Origin: an uncultured Lentisphaerota bacterium | GTDB lineage: Bacteria; Verrucomicrobiota; Kiritimatiellia; CAIQIC01 | Reading direction: 5' to 3' | DNA length: 64,000 nt | Assembly: GCA_903889245.1 (NCBI GenBank) | Contig: CAISWQ010000100.1 | Span: forward strand, 37,260 to 101,259 | Shown here: one piece after another, positions 1 through 9,843 of the stretch | How positions within the stretch are numbered: the first letter of the stretch is position 1 | Layout of the letters: every line of letters begins with the position of its first letter | Position numbers and translations under genes: made by a program | Notes under the pieces: model-generated | What the model was told of the DNA's origin: nothing | Database searches by the model: none | What the model saw: only the letters and a program-made list of their open reading frames with translations

Positions 1-184
1 TGAAAGTACTTTCCGTCTGACGTTCCCGAAACAATGAGCCTCAACACATCCATCATCAAAGACGCCGCCTTGGAATGGTTCGGAGAGTTGGGCTATCCGC
101 CTGGATAGGGGCCGCAGGGAGTTCAAGACGGGTGCGCGGTCTGCAGGCCCGTGCCTTCAACCTGATCGTCACCCTGCCCATCGA

Positions 185-1996
185 TTATTTTGTCTCCTTG
201 GCTGGCGCGGGATGGTTCTTGAAGAAGTCCCAGATGAAGTCGGTCGCGTTGAGTTTGTCGGTGCGTTTGCCGACCCAGCTTTCCGGCAGCAGGCTCTGGC
301 CGCCGGCCCAGGTGTGGCCTTGCCCGGCGACGGTGACGAAGACGATCTCCGCGCTTTCGCGGCCGGGCCCGAAGGTCTCGATGCGGACGCCGTTGTGCTC
401 GTTGGTTTGCGCCGCCACCGCCGGACATCCGATGGCCTTGGCCCATTTCAAAATTGAGTCGCGCACCGGTGGTTTGGGCTTGGCGCGGACTTTGTCGCTG
501 CCGCCGAACGCGAGTTTCGGCGCGCCTCCCTCCATGATGTTGAGCGGATCGGCCGTGCCCGTGAGATAGCACAGCGGCAGCGGTCGCTCCACAGTCAGCG
601 GCTCCAGCCAGCACGCGCCTGCGACCGGCGCAAGCGCCGCGAGCCGTTGCGCCGCTGCCGCGCCGAAGCGGAAGGTCATCGAGGCGCCGTTGGAAAAACC
701 GGTGACGTAGATCCGCCGCGCATCCACGGCGAAGTTTTTCCCAAGCTCGTCGAGCAGCGCGTTGAGGAAGGCGACATCGTCGGGCGCCTTCTGGCCGGGA
801 TAGAAGCGGTCGGAGCCGTCGTTCCAGAGCTGCGGGTTGCGGGCGAAGTTGCCGGGCTTTTCAGGATCACGCGCGACGGCGTTGGGGAAGACGGCGAGGA
901 AGTTTTCCTTGTCGGCCTTCGCATCCCAGCCGGTTTCCTCGCTCGCGCCCTTGCTCGTACCGCCGCCGCCGTGGAGCATGATGACCACCGGCAGCGGCTG
1001 CCTGCCATCGTAACCACGCGGCACATGCACGGTATAGTGCCGCGTCCAGTTGCCGACCTTGAGCGTGTAGTCGTGTTTGCCGGGCGCAACAGGTTCCCGT
1101 GCCGGCGCGCCGAGCGCGGAGCGATAGAATTCCCAACCGCTTTCGCCCAGCGCGGCCAGCAGCGCCCTCGGATTGTGCTCCACGCCCGGCAGCGCGGCGA
1201 ACGTATGCGGGATGTTCAGGCGCTTGAGCTGTTCCGAAAGCTGGCGGTTGAGCTCCAGCGTGCTATCGCGCCCGCCGGTGGCCATGCGGATGCGCAGGCG
1301 TCCATCGCGTAGCGCAGGAGCGTTCTGCTCCGCCAGCCGCTGCGGGCTTTGCGCCTGGAAAATTTTCAGGTCGCCGCCGTAGACTGACTGCAAAAGCTGT
1401 TCGCGCTCGGCGGGATTGCCGCGGATACGCGGGCCGCGCAGTTCCTGATCGAACGGCCCGCCTGCGAAGATGGAGATTGCGCCGAACAGCGCGTGGTGTT
1501 TGAAGCCGAGGCGCGCTGCGCCGTACCCGCCCATGCTAAAGCCCTCGAGCAGGCGGCTGGCGCGGTTGGTCAACGTGCGGCAGGTGGCGTCCACGTGCGG
1601 GATCAGTTCGCGGATCACCACGGTTTCCATCGGCACGCGGCCATCGGCCGAGTCGCACCACATGCTGCTTTTCATTCCGTTGGGAAAGACGATGAGCAGC
1701 GGCGGGATTTTGCCGGCGCGGATGGCGGCCTCGAAATGCGCGGCGACCGGCGCGATGCCCGCGCCCCCGCCGCCGCTGCCGTGCAGCCAGTAGAGCACGG
1801 GGAACCGGCGTTCCTTGTCCGCGTCATAAACCTCCGGCGTGTAGAGGTGATAGCTGACGCGCGTGTGGGCCGCCGCGCTCTCAAAGAACCGCTGCTCCAC
1901 GCGCGGCGCCTGCACCGCCGGTGTGACCCACGCCGCGTTGTCCGCCGCCAGCGCCATTACCGGCGCCCCCACTAGCAACCAACCGCCCGTCTTCAT
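185..1996 (-). CDS. Secreted tandem two-domain esterase: N-terminal esterase-D/putative-esterase family domain plus C-terminal PHB-depolymerase-like (LpqC/CE1-like) esterase domain
   Basis: ORF 185..2140(-). Start moved to the internal Met of MKTGGWLLVGAPVMALAADNA (signal peptide) at 1996; the upstream part is only read-through of the palindromic repeats. Two GxSxG-type hydrolase domains are present (WLHGSGGGG...GFSMGGYGA and IMLHGGGG...GFSNGASM). Confidence 0.72.
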   Translation of the reverse strand: MKTGGWLLVGAPVMALAADNAAWVTPAVQAPRVEQRFFESAAAHTRVSYHLYTPEVYDADKERRFPVLYWLHGSGGGGAGIAPVAAHFEAAIRAGKIPPLLIVFPNGMKSSMWCDSADGRVPMETVVIRELIPHVDATCRTLTNRASRLLEGFSMGGYGAARLGFKHHALFGAISIFAGGPFDQELRGPRIRGNPAEREQLLQSVYGGDLKIFQAQSPQRLAEQNAPALRDGRLRIRMATGGRDSTLELNRQLSEQLKRLNIPHTFAALPGVEHNPRALLAALGESGWEFYRSALGAPAREPVAPGKHDYTLKVGNWTRHYTVHVPRGYDGRQPLPVVIMLHGGGGTSKGASEETGWDAKADKENFLAVFPNAVARDPEKPGNFARNPQLWNDGSDRFYPGQKAPDDVAFLNALLDELGKNFAVDARRIYVTGFSNGASMTFRFGAAAAQRLAALAPVAGACWLEPLTVERPLPLCYLTGTADPLNIMEGGAPKLAFGGSDKVRAKPKPPVRDSILKWAKAIGCPAVAAQTNEHNGVRIETFGPGRESAEIVFVTVAGQGHTWAGGQSLLPESWVGKRTDKLNATDFIWDFFKNHPAPAKETK

Positions 1997-2054
1997 GATG
2001 GCTCCCGTCTGGTCTCCAAAAGCATAACGCCGGGAACGGTCGAAAAGTTTCATG

Positions 2055-2104
2055 CTTCCAAGGATTGGAAAAATAAATCCGCTTTTTTCCAAGCCTTGGA
2101 AACC
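2055..2104. repeat. Palindromic repeat cluster 1 (2 copies of TTTTCCAAGSCTTGGAAAA family)
   Basis: cttccaaggattggaaaaa ... ttttttccaagccttggaaacc, read directly from the sequence; coordinates approximate. Confidence 0.8.
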
Positions 2105-2105
2105 A

Positions 2106-3410
2106 TCAGCGGGCGAACTGTTCGGCGACATCCATCGCAATTTTCTCCCACTCCCACAGGCGTTGCGGCTGATAGCGGACGGTGGAGATGTCCTTCATGA
2201 TCAGCTCCACGTGACAGCGGCCGCCGGTCGCCTCCAAGAACTCGACGAGCGCGGCGCGTGCGCGGTCGGGATGCCAGCCATCCTCGGCAAGAATCGCCGG
2301 GTTTGGCTTGCGGCTCATGACCCAATGCGGGCCGAGCAACTCCACCGCGCGTTCGTTCTTGCACCACGGCGTGACGGAGACCTTGCGCAGGTTGGGAATC
2401 TGCTTCAGCAGTCCGGCCTTGCCATCGAGCGGCTCGCAGCAGCCGTAATAATTCAGCCCCCAGCGCCGCAGCCAGCGCAGGTCGTGTTGGATGGCGAAGT
2501 CCCAGTGCATCTCCGGCGAGACCTCGGAAAAAATCTGCGCGTTGGAACAACCCCACATGTTCCGCGGCCGGACGTGCGCGGGCTCGAACGCCGCGCCGGG
2601 CAGCGCGCGCGTGTAGCCGTAGCCGCCGGAGCCGATGCGCGTGTTGTCGCAGTCGAGCGCGAGCAGGTTCAGCGCCTCAAGCTGATCAAGCTCGGTCATC
2701 CAGGCCGCCACCATGCGCTCGACGCCGGCGTGGACGAGGTCGGGCCGCTCGACCATGTCCAGCATCGCCTCCTCGATGCCCCACCAGCGGATCAGATAGT
2801 CCCACGGCGTGAACCAGATGTGCGTCTGTCCGACCTTCCGCACCGGCATGATGCCCGCATAGGTCTCGCACATCGCCTGAAAATGCAATTCCGTCGCCAG
2901 CTCGTTGTGCGTGACGACCGGCATCCTGATCTTCTCCAGGTCGGCAAAGTCGCGGATCTGGATTTTGAAATGGCGCGAGACCACGTCGCTGGTCTCGTCG
3001 GTCTTGACGATGTCCACGTCCTCCATGATCCCGAAGTCGGTGCTATGGAACATCAGCGGGCTGGCGAGGACGTCGCTGATGATCATGTCGCCGGGCAGGT
3101 GCCGCCACTGGTAGAGCGTGCGCCGCAGGTCGCGTTCCTGGTCGCGCGCCCACGGATGCGTACAGCGCAGCGTCAGCTCGTCATCCACGTTCATCTCGTT
3201 CCAGCAGATCTCGTTGATCCAGACCATCGGACGGACCGACTCCAGGTCATTGAGTTGTTGCCACAACCGCGCCTTCTTCTGGTGGACCGGCAGCGCCGCG
3301 ACTGCGGCGAGTTCGCCGGCGAGACGGCGCAGGATCTCGCGGTCGCCCGCGCCGAGCCTGACCTCGACCGCCTGCGGCGGCGGCGTGTGATGGCTGGGAT
3401 CGTGCAGCAT
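2106..3410 (-). CDS. Hypothetical protein, 434 aa; function not assigned (possibly a URO-D-like/TIM-barrel fold, unverified)
   Basis: Long ORF with non-repetitive, protein-like composition (W/H/M/Y content unlike antisense GC-rich frames). Divergent to the B12-radical-SAM gene. No motif I can name with confidence. Confidence 0.5.
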   Translation of the reverse strand: MLHDPSHHTPPPQAVEVRLGAGDREILRRLAGELAAVAALPVHQKKARLWQQLNDLESVRPMVWINEICWNEMNVDDELTLRCTHPWARDQERDLRRTLYQWRHLPGDMIISDVLASPLMFHSTDFGIMEDVDIVKTDETSDVVSRHFKIQIRDFADLEKIRMPVVTHNELATELHFQAMCETYAGIMPVRKVGQTHIWFTPWDYLIRWWGIEEAMLDMVERPDLVHAGVERMVAAWMTELDQLEALNLLALDCDNTRIGSGGYGYTRALPGAAFEPAHVRPRNMWGCSNAQIFSEVSPEMHWDFAIQHDLRWLRRWGLNYYGCCEPLDGKAGLLKQIPNLRKVSVTPWCKNERAVELLGPHWVMSRKPNPAILAEDGWHPDRARAALVEFLEATGGRCHVELIMKDISTVRYQPQRLWEWEKIAMDVAEQFAR

Positions 3411-3718
3411 TTTTCAGCTCCCGGTTTTCCGCGACCGCGCGCAGCCTAGCCAGCGGCCCGCCGCTTGTCCACGCCCGAAACCGGGGCGGCGTTGAACGTT
3501 CGGACCCGGCGGACTGTCTACTCTTCGTGGCAAAGCCCTCTGCCGGTTACGGCGCGGGGCCGCGCCGGAAAGGCTGCCCATGAAAAGCAAACCGCAACGC
3601 CCGTTGACGCGCCCCTTGGCCGGCGCCGCCGTCCCGCAGTTCATCGCCCTGCTCGGCGTGCTGCGCGAGGCCGCCGCCCGCGGCCTGGCCCTGCTACCCG
3701 ACCCGCCCGCGCCGCCGC

Positions 3719-3771
3719 TGTTTCCAAGGCCCGGAAAAACCGGACCCGGCTTTTCCAAGCCCTGGAAAAAC
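3719..3771. repeat. Palindromic repeat cluster 2 (2 copies, one degenerate)
   Basis: tttccaaggcccggaaaaa ... ttttccaagccctggaaaaa, in the divergent promoter region between 2106..3410(-) and the radical-SAM gene. Confidence 0.75.
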
Positions 3772-3794
3772 ACCCGGCTCCACGAGGCCCCGCC

Positions 3795-5246
3795 ATGCAC
3801 CTCCACCTGATCGCGCCGCGCATGTCGCGCCGGCCGATGGACTCGGACTGGAAAACCCGCATGTCGCCGCCGCTCGCGCTGCTGACCGTGGCAGCGCTGA
3901 CGCCGCCGGAACACCGCGTGACGCTCCACGACGAAAACATCGAGCGGCCGCGGCTGGACCTCCGGCCCGACCTTGTCGGCCTCACCGTCAAGGCCGACAC
4001 CTTCGCGCGCGCCTGCGAGCTGGCGGCACATTGGCGGAGGCTTGGCGTCCCGGTGGTCTTCGGTGGCATCCATCCGACGGCGTGTCCTGATGAGTGCGCG
4101 CCGTTCGCCGACGCGCTCGTCATCGGCGAGGCCGAGCCGGTCTGGTCCGCGCTGCTCGCCGATCTGGCCGCGGGCCGGCTGCAGCCGCGTTATCAGGCGG
4201 CTGCGCCCGCCGACCTGGCTGCTGTGCCGCCGCCGCGCTGGGACCTGCTGAACGGCGGAAAATATCTGTTCACCAACACACTGACGATGAGCCGCGGCTG
4301 CCCATGGCAGTGCGATTTCTGTTACAGCAGCTCGCCCAACCTGCCGCGCGGCCATCGCATGAAGCCGGTGGCCCACATTCTCGACGAAATCCGCGCGCTG
4401 GGCACCGACCACGTGATGTTCATAGATGACAACTTCATCGGCTCACCCGGCCGCGCCCGCGAGCTGGTCGCCGCGCTCGCGCCGCTGGGCCTGACGTGGC
4501 ACGCGGCTGTCTCCGCCGACATTGGCGAGCGGCTGGAGCTGCTCGACGCGATGGCTGCGGCGGGCTGCCAGAGCCTGTTCATCGGGTTCGAGACGGTGAA
4601 CCAGGCGAATTTGCGTGGCTGCCGCAAGGCACAGAACCGCGTCGCCGCCTACGACGCGACGCTGCGCGAAATCCACGCGCGCGGTTTAATGGTCAACGCC
4701 AGCCTCGTCTTCGGCTTCGACGAGGACGGCCCGGAGGTTTTCGCCGAAACCGTGGACTGGCTGGAGCGCAACCGCGTGGCGACGATGACCGCGCACATCC
4801 TGACGCCGTATCCCGGCACGCGCCTCCACCAGCGGCTGCTCGCTGCGGGCCGCATCGTCGAGCGCGACCTGCGCCGCTACAACACCGCCTACGCCGTCTT
4901 CCAGCCCGCGCGCATGAGCGCCGCCGAGTTGGAAGCCGGTTACCGCTGGGCCTATCGCCGCTTCTACGCGTGGCGCAGCATCTGGCGACGGCAGCCGCTC
5001 GCGGCCGCGCAACGCGTCGCGTTCTGGGAGTTCAACCTGCTCTACCGCAAATTCGGCAAGCTGACGTGCTGGGCCGGGCGGCTGTTCGGGATGCGCACCC
5101 TTGCGAGGCTCGCGCGCGCCGTGGCCTACCCGCGCGCCTTGGTCGCTGGAACGCGGCCTTCGCGCGCGCCACAAGCGTGCCCGGAGGTCCCGCCCCACCC
5201 CGCCAGTTCCCATCCTTGGAAAGCAACACATGAACCGGCGGTTTGA
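3795..5246 (+). CDS. B12-binding domain-containing radical SAM protein
   Basis: CxxxCxxC motif (CPWQCDFC) with an N-terminal cobalamin-binding Rossmann-like domain (VVFGGIHPT...). Start chosen at MHLHLIAPRM (in frame with track ORF 3465..5246); the sequence upstream of that is repeat read-through. Confidence 0.85.
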   Translation: MHLHLIAPRMSRRPMDSDWKTRMSPPLALLTVAALTPPEHRVTLHDENIERPRLDLRPDLVGLTVKADTFARACELAAHWRRLGVPVVFGGIHPTACPDECAPFADALVIGEAEPVWSALLADLAAGRLQPRYQAAAPADLAAVPPPRWDLLNGGKYLFTNTLTMSRGCPWQCDFCYSSSPNLPRGHRMKPVAHILDEIRALGTDHVMFIDDNFIGSPGRARELVAALAPLGLTWHAAVSADIGERLELLDAMAAAGCQSLFIGFETVNQANLRGCRKAQNRVAAYDATLREIHARGLMVNASLVFGFDEDGPEVFAETVDWLERNRVATMTAHILTPYPGTRLHQRLLAAGRIVERDLRRYNTAYAVFQPARMSAAELEAGYRWAYRRFYAWRSIWRRQPLAAAQRVAFWEFNLLYRKFGKLTCWAGRLFGMRTLARLARAVAYPRALVAGTRPSRAPQACPEVPPHPASSHPWKATHEPAV

Positions 5247-5607
5247 ATTCTCCGGCCGGCTGCGCAGCGTGCGTTGCGCACTGCGCGGACTCGGCGTGAT
5301 GCTCGCCTCGCAGCCCAACGCCTGGCTTCATGCCGTGTGTACCACAGCGGCGCTCGCGACGAGTTGGGCCTGCGAGCTGACCGCGTTGGAGTGGTGCGCG
5401 ATCGTTACCGCCATCGTCGCCGTCTGGGTGGCGGAAGGCTTGAACACCGCGCTGGAATTGCTGGCCGACGCCATCCGGCCGGAGTTTCATCCGCTGATCG
5501 GCCGGGCCAAGGACGTGGCCGCCGGCGCGGTGCTGGTGGCGGCGCTTGGCGCCGTCGTCAGCGGCGCATGGGTGTTGGGGCCGCGCCTGTTGTCAGCCTC
5601 GGACTGA
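5230..5607 (+). CDS. dgkA: Diacylglycerol kinase (DgkA family)
   Basis: Three TM helices plus the E-x-LNTA-lE-x-laD signature (AEGLNTALELLAD). Start at MNRRFEF within track ORF 5101..5607. Overlaps the radical-SAM gene 3' end by ~17 bp. Confidence 0.8.
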   Translation: MNRRFEFSGRLRSVRCALRGLGVMLASQPNAWLHAVCTTAALATSWACELTALEWCAIVTAIVAVWVAEGLNTALELLADAIRPEFHPLIGRAKDVAAGAVLVAALGAVVSGAWVLGPRLLSASD

Positions 5608-5670
5608 TACACCCCTTGCGCTTTTGGGGGGCGTCGGCCATACTCCGCGCCGCGAGAGGGAAAACGGCGT

Positions 5671-6336
5671 ATGCGTATTGTCAAATGCGGCTGGTGGTTG
5701 ATCATCGGTTTGCTGTTGGCGGGCGTGCTGCCCGGCCTGATTTTCCACAAGCTGGAATGGATGCGGGCGGCGTGGACGTGCTACCTCACGGGCGGCGTGC
5801 TGTGCGCGTTCATGCTCTACTTTTTCCGCGACCCGGACCGCACGGCCCACGGCGATGAATCACTGCTGGTCGCGGGCGCCGACGGCCTGATCCGCAACGT
5901 GGAGACGCTGCGGGAGGACAAATACCTGCAGGCCGATGTCGTGCGTGTCAGCATCTTCCTTTCGCCGTTCGATGTGCACGTCAACCGCATCCCGATGGGC
6001 GGGACGGTGACGAAGCTGGGCTACACGGCCGGCGCGCACCTGGGCACCTACCTGAACTCGGCTTCGGAGCATAACGAGCACAGCTCCATCGTGGTCGAGG
6101 GCAGCGGCACGAAGGTCCTGGTCAAGCAGATCGTCGGCCCGATCGTGCGGCGCGTGGTGTACTGGCTGGTGGTGAACCAGAAGCTGGTGCGCGGCGAGCG
6201 GATCGGGATGATGAAATTCGGCTCGCGGCTGGACATGTACTTTGTGAAGGCCGACGTGGATATCCTCGTGAAGAAGGGCGACCGCGTGCGCGCCGGCGAG
6301 ACGGTCGTCGCGCAGCTCCGCAAAGGCAAGGCATGA
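5671..6336 (+). CDS. psd: Phosphatidylserine decarboxylase family proenzyme (Psd, short/PSD-B type)
   Basis: FLSPFDVHVNRIPMGG and KFGSRLD motifs typical of PS decarboxylase. Overlaps pssA by 4 bp. Confidence 0.82.
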   Translation: MRIVKCGWWLIIGLLLAGVLPGLIFHKLEWMRAAWTCYLTGGVLCAFMLYFFRDPDRTAHGDESLLVAGADGLIRNVETLREDKYLQADVVRVSIFLSPFDVHVNRIPMGGTVTKLGYTAGAHLGTYLNSASEHNEHSSIVVEGSGTKVLVKQIVGPIVRRVVYWLVVNQKLVRGERIGMMKFGSRLDMYFVKADVDILVKKGDRVRAGETVVAQLRKGKA

Positions 6337-7103
6337 AAGTCAACACGCGCGCCATCCTGCCTGTGGTGCTGACGCTCGGCGCGATGTGCGCGGGCTTCGC
6401 CAGCATCGTGATGAGCGCACACAGCGAATACGTCTGGGCCGCGCGCCTGATCATTCTTTCCATGATCCTCGACGGGCTCGATGGCGCGCTGGCGCGCCTG
6501 CTCAAGGGCACGAGCAGCTTTGGCGCGGAGCTGGACACATTTGTGGACATGACCAGCTTCGGCATCGCGCCTGCGCTGCTCGCCTATGAAGCGTGCTGGC
6601 ACCATTTTGGCCCGTGGGGCAAGGTGCTGGCGGGTTTCATGGTGCTCTCCGGCGCCAGCCGCCTCTCGCGCTTCCGCATCATTGATCCGCTCCGTGGCCA
6701 GGGCGGTTTTCTGGGTTTGCCCATCACGTGCGCCGGCGGGTTCGTGACGTGCATTGTTTTTGTTGCGTATTCTGGCGCGGTGCAGGAGTGGGGCTGGACC
6801 TGGTTCAACCTGACGCAGGGCCCGCTGGCCTGGACGGTCTGGACCGCCGTGACGTTGATGTTGGTGTTGCAGGTCTCGCACGTCCGCTACACCAAGGCCT
6901 CGAAACACCCGGTGGTCTTCCTCGCCGGCATCGTGCTGGTGGTCGCGCTCTTCCTCAACATCCACCTGCTGGCCTCCGTCGCGGCGCTCGGGGGCTGCGC
7001 GGCCGGTCTGTACTTTGCGTTTTTGAGTCCCTTCATCCATCCGCCCGGCGCCAAGCCGGCGCCGACGCCCCAGCCGGAGGAAAAACCGGCGGCGGCGTCC
7101 TGA
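6333..7103 (+). CDS. pssA: CDP-diacylglycerol--serine O-phosphatidyltransferase (CDP-alcohol phosphatidyltransferase family)
   Basis: DG-x2-AR-x8-G-x3-D-x3-D signature ([26 protein letters not shown]); multi-TM. Confidence 0.85.
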   Translation: MKVNTRAILPVVLTLGAMCAGFASIVMSAHSEYVWAARLIILSMILDGLDGALARLLKGTSSFGAELDTFVDMTSFGIAPALLAYEACWHHFGPWGKVLAGFMVLSGASRLSRFRIIDPLRGQGGFLGLPITCAGGFVTCIVFVAYSGAVQEWGWTWFNLTQGPLAWTVWTAVTLMLVLQVSHVRYTKASKHPVVFLAGIVLVVALFLNIHLLASVAALGGCAAGLYFAFLSPFIHPPGAKPAPTPQPEEKPAAAS

Positions 7104-7125
7104 ACTCTTCCCACGAGGTGTTGGC

Positions 7126-8802
7126 ATGGCCGGCGAATATGTCTTCCAGCTTGAACGTCTGACCAAACAGTACCACCGCGTCAACGTGCTCAACGAGATC
7201 ACGCTCGCGTTTTTCTACGGCGCGAAGATCGGCGTCATCGGCGGCAACGGCTCCGGTAAATCCACCCTGCTGCGCATCCTGGCCGGAACGGATACGGACT
7301 TCATGGGCACCGCGGCCATCGCGCGCAACGTCCGCATCGGCCACCTGCCGCAGGAGCCGCAGCTCGATCCCGCAAAGACCGTCGCCGGCAACGTCGAGGA
7401 GGGCGTCGCCAGCGCCAGGGCGCTGCTGACGCGCTACGACGAAATCTGCGACCTGCTCGGCACGACGCCCGCGGGCGCGGAGGCCGATAAGCTCAACGCC
7501 GAGCTCGGCCGCATCCAGGACAAGATTGACGCGCAGGATTTGTGGAACCTTGACCACAACGTCGAGATGGCCATGGAAGCGCTGCGCCTGCCGCCGCCCG
7601 AGGCCGACGTCACCAAGCTCTCCGGTGGCGAACGCCGCCGCGTCGCGCTCTGCCGCCTGCTGATTTCCAACCCCGATGTGTTGCTGCTCGACGAGCCCAC
7701 CAACCACCTTGATGCCGAATCGGTGGCGTGGCTGGAAACCTATCTCAAAAAATTCACCGGCACGCTCGTTGTCGTCACGCACGACCGCTACTTCCTCAAC
7801 AACGTCACCGGATGGATCCTTGAGCTCGAGGGTGGCGCGGCGTTTCCCTACCAAGGGAACTACGAAAGCTGGCTCGAGCAGAAGCAGGCGCTCCTCGCCG
7901 CGCAGAGCAAGCAGGCTGCGCAGCGCAATAAACTGCTCAACCAGGAACTGCAGTGGGTCCGCCTCAATCCCTCCGGCCGCCAGGCCAAGAGCAAGGCGCG
8001 CCTCAAACGCTACGAGGAGCTGGCCGCGCAGCAGGTGGATACGCGCGAGGACAACCTCGAAATCCAGATTCCGCCCGGCCCGCGGCTCGGTGACCTCGTC
8101 GTCCGCGCCCAAAACCTGAGCAAGGAATTCGGCGAGCGCGTTCTGTTCGAGAACGTCAACTTTGACCTGCCGCGCGGCGGCATCGTTGGCGTCATCGGCG
8201 GCAACGGCGCGGGCAAAACCACGCTGCTGAAGATGTTCATGGGCCGGGAGACCGCGACCGCCGGTACGCTCTCGGTCGGTCCGACCGTCGCGCTCTCCTA
8301 TGTGGACCAGAGCCGCGACACGCTCAACCCGAACAACTCCGTCTACGAGGAGATCACCGGCGGCCGCGAGAACCTCGACCTCGGCGGCAAGCAGATGAAC
8401 GGCCGCGCCTACTGCGGCCGCTTCAACTTCCGCGGCACCGACCAGCAGAAAAAAGTCGGCCAGCTCTCCGGCGGCGAACGCAACCGCGTCCACCTCGCCA
8501 AGCTCCTGCGCGGCGGCGGTAACCTGCTTCTGCTCGACGAGCCGACCAACGACCTCGACGTGACCACATTGCGCGCGCTGGAGGAAGGCCTGACGAACTT
8601 CGGCGGCTGCGCCGTGGTCGTCAGCCATGATCGCTGGTTCCTCGACCGCGTCGCCACGCACATCCTCGCCTTCGAGGGCGACTCCAAGGTGACCTGGTTC
8701 GAGGGCAACTACGAGGCCTACCACGAACAGCGCCGCCGCCTGCTCGGCGATGCCGCCGACCAGCCGCACCGCGTCAGCTTCCGCCCGATCCACCACAGTT
8801 AA
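7126..8802 (+). CDS. ettA: ABC-F family ATPase EttA (energy-dependent translational throttle)
   Basis: Two ABC ATPase cassettes (GGNGSGKST / [18 protein letters not shown] / LSGGERNRV), ~558 aa, EttA-like N-terminus. Confidence 0.9.
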   Translation: MAGEYVFQLERLTKQYHRVNVLNEITLAFFYGAKIGVIGGNGSGKSTLLRILAGTDTDFMGTAAIARNVRIGHLPQEPQLDPAKTVAGNVEEGVASARALLTRYDEICDLLGTTPAGAEADKLNAELGRIQDKIDAQDLWNLDHNVEMAMEALRLPPPEADVTKLSGGERRRVALCRLLISNPDVLLLDEPTNHLDAESVAWLETYLKKFTGTLVVVTHDRYFLNNVTGWILELEGGAAFPYQGNYESWLEQKQALLAAQSKQAAQRNKLLNQELQWVRLNPSGRQAKSKARLKRYEELAAQQVDTREDNLEIQIPPGPRLGDLVVRAQNLSKEFGERVLFENVNFDLPRGGIVGVIGGNGAGKTTLLKMFMGRETATAGTLSVGPTVALSYVDQSRDTLNPNNSVYEEITGGRENLDLGGKQMNGRAYCGRFNFRGTDQQKKVGQLSGGERNRVHLAKLLRGGGNLLLLDEPTNDLDVTTLRALEEGLTNFGGCAVVVSHDRWFLDRVATHILAFEGDSKVTWFEGNYEAYHEQRRRLLGDAADQPHRVSFRPIHHS

Positions 8803-8821
8803 GGTGGTGGGATAGGGGCCG

Positions 8822-8873
8822 GGTTTTCCAACCCTTGGAAAAAAGGAGCGCGGTTTTTCCAAGGCTTGGAAAC
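8822..8873. repeat. Palindromic repeat cluster 3 (2 copies)
   Basis: ggttttccaacccttggaaaaaa ... tttttccaaggcttggaaacgg. Confidence 0.8.
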
Positions 8874-8919
8874 GGCGGAGTGCGGCGTTACCCTGCGGCA
8901 GGTTTTCGCAGGGGTCTGC

Positions 8920-9753
8920 ATGAAGACAAGCACCGGCATGTTTCGCGGCGGCGAGGGGCTGGAACTTTTTCACTGCGGCTGGTCGCCCGACGCAGCGCCG
9001 CGCGCCGTCGTGGCGCTCGTGCACGGCATCGGCGAGCACAGCGGCCGCGGCGAGGGTGCCGCCGCAGCGCTGGTCGCGCAGGGGCTCGCGGTCGCCGCCT
9101 ATGATCAGCGCGGGCACGGCCGCTCGCCCGGCCAGCGCGGGCACATCAACCACTGGTCGGAGTACCGCGAGGACCTGCGCGCGTTCCACGCGCTGCTGCG
9201 CGAAAAGTTCCCGGCGCTCCCGCTGTTCATCTACGGCTTGAGCATGGGCGGCCTCGTGACGCTGGATTATGTGCTGCGTCACCCCGAGGATGTGCGCGGC
9301 ACCATCATCAGCGGCGTGCCGCTGCAACCGACCGGCGTGGCCAAGCCGTGGCTGGTGGCGCTGGTCCGGCTGCTCGCCCGCCCGTGGCCGCAGCTCGCGC
9401 TCAAGCTGCGCCTGGAACACGCGGCGCTGTCGCGCGATACAGCGGTGGTGCGGGCTTACGAGGCCGATCCGCTGGTCCACGGGCTGATCTCGGCGCGCTG
9501 GGGCGCGGAGATTCTTGCCGCCGTCGCGTGGGTCAAGGCGCGCGCCGCCGCGGTGCGCACGCCGCTGCTGATGGTGCATGGCGAGGCCGACCGCATCAAT
9601 GCCGCCGCCGGCGCGCGGCAGTTCTGGGAGGCGGTCCATCTGCACGATAAGGAGCTCTACCTTGATCCCGGCGGCTACCACGAGCCCCACAACGACCTCA
9701 ACCGCGCGGCCGTCCTGCAAAAAATCGCGCACTGGATTCTGCGGCACCTCTGA
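8920..9753 (+). CDS. Alpha/beta hydrolase (lysophospholipase / monoacylglycerol-lipase-like)
   Basis: HGIGEHSGR ... GLSMGG nucleophile elbow ... HGEAD ... HE; start at MKTSTGMFRGG within track ORF 8866..9753. Confidence 0.8.
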   Translation: MKTSTGMFRGGEGLELFHCGWSPDAAPRAVVALVHGIGEHSGRGEGAAAALVAQGLAVAAYDQRGHGRSPGQRGHINHWSEYREDLRAFHALLREKFPALPLFIYGLSMGGLVTLDYVLRHPEDVRGTIISGVPLQPTGVAKPWLVALVRLLARPWPQLALKLRLEHAALSRDTAVVRAYEADPLVHGLISARWGAEILAAVAWVKARAAAVRTPLLMVHGEADRINAAAGARQFWEAVHLHDKELYLDPGGYHEPHNDLNRAAVLQKIAHWILRHL

Positions 9754-9843
9754 CGCTTGACGCGGCGCGGCGACGCGCTCTGCGCGCCGTCATTTTTTGG
9801 GGCGGCCACAGGCCGCCGCGAGGGTCCGCCTTGATCGTCAACG

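Noticed and set aside
34-108. 25-aa ORF MSLNTSIIKDAALEWFGELGYPPG in the lower-GC first 110 bp
   Set aside because: Too short, at the window edge, no supporting context; could be the remnant of a truncated gene but cannot be supported.
3465-3794. Long N-terminal extensions containing FQGLEK / FSKPWK / FPSLGK peptides on many track ORFs (e.g. 3465, 32904..34715, 48428, 54302..55672, 57047..58426, 59572..60318)
   Set aside because: These are read-through translations of the stop-free palindromic repeat; starts were moved to the first Met giving a plausible signal peptide or conserved N-terminus.
6596-6611. Sigma-54-like promoter element TGGCAC-N5-TGGC
   Set aside because: Lies inside the pssA coding region with a mismatch in the -12 element; likely chance occurrence despite rpoN being present.
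7033-9747. 904-aa ORF on the minus strand
   Set aside because: Antisense to ettA and the lysophospholipase-like hydrolase. R/A/G/V-rich low-complexity translation typical of spurious frames in 67% GC DNA. No motifs.
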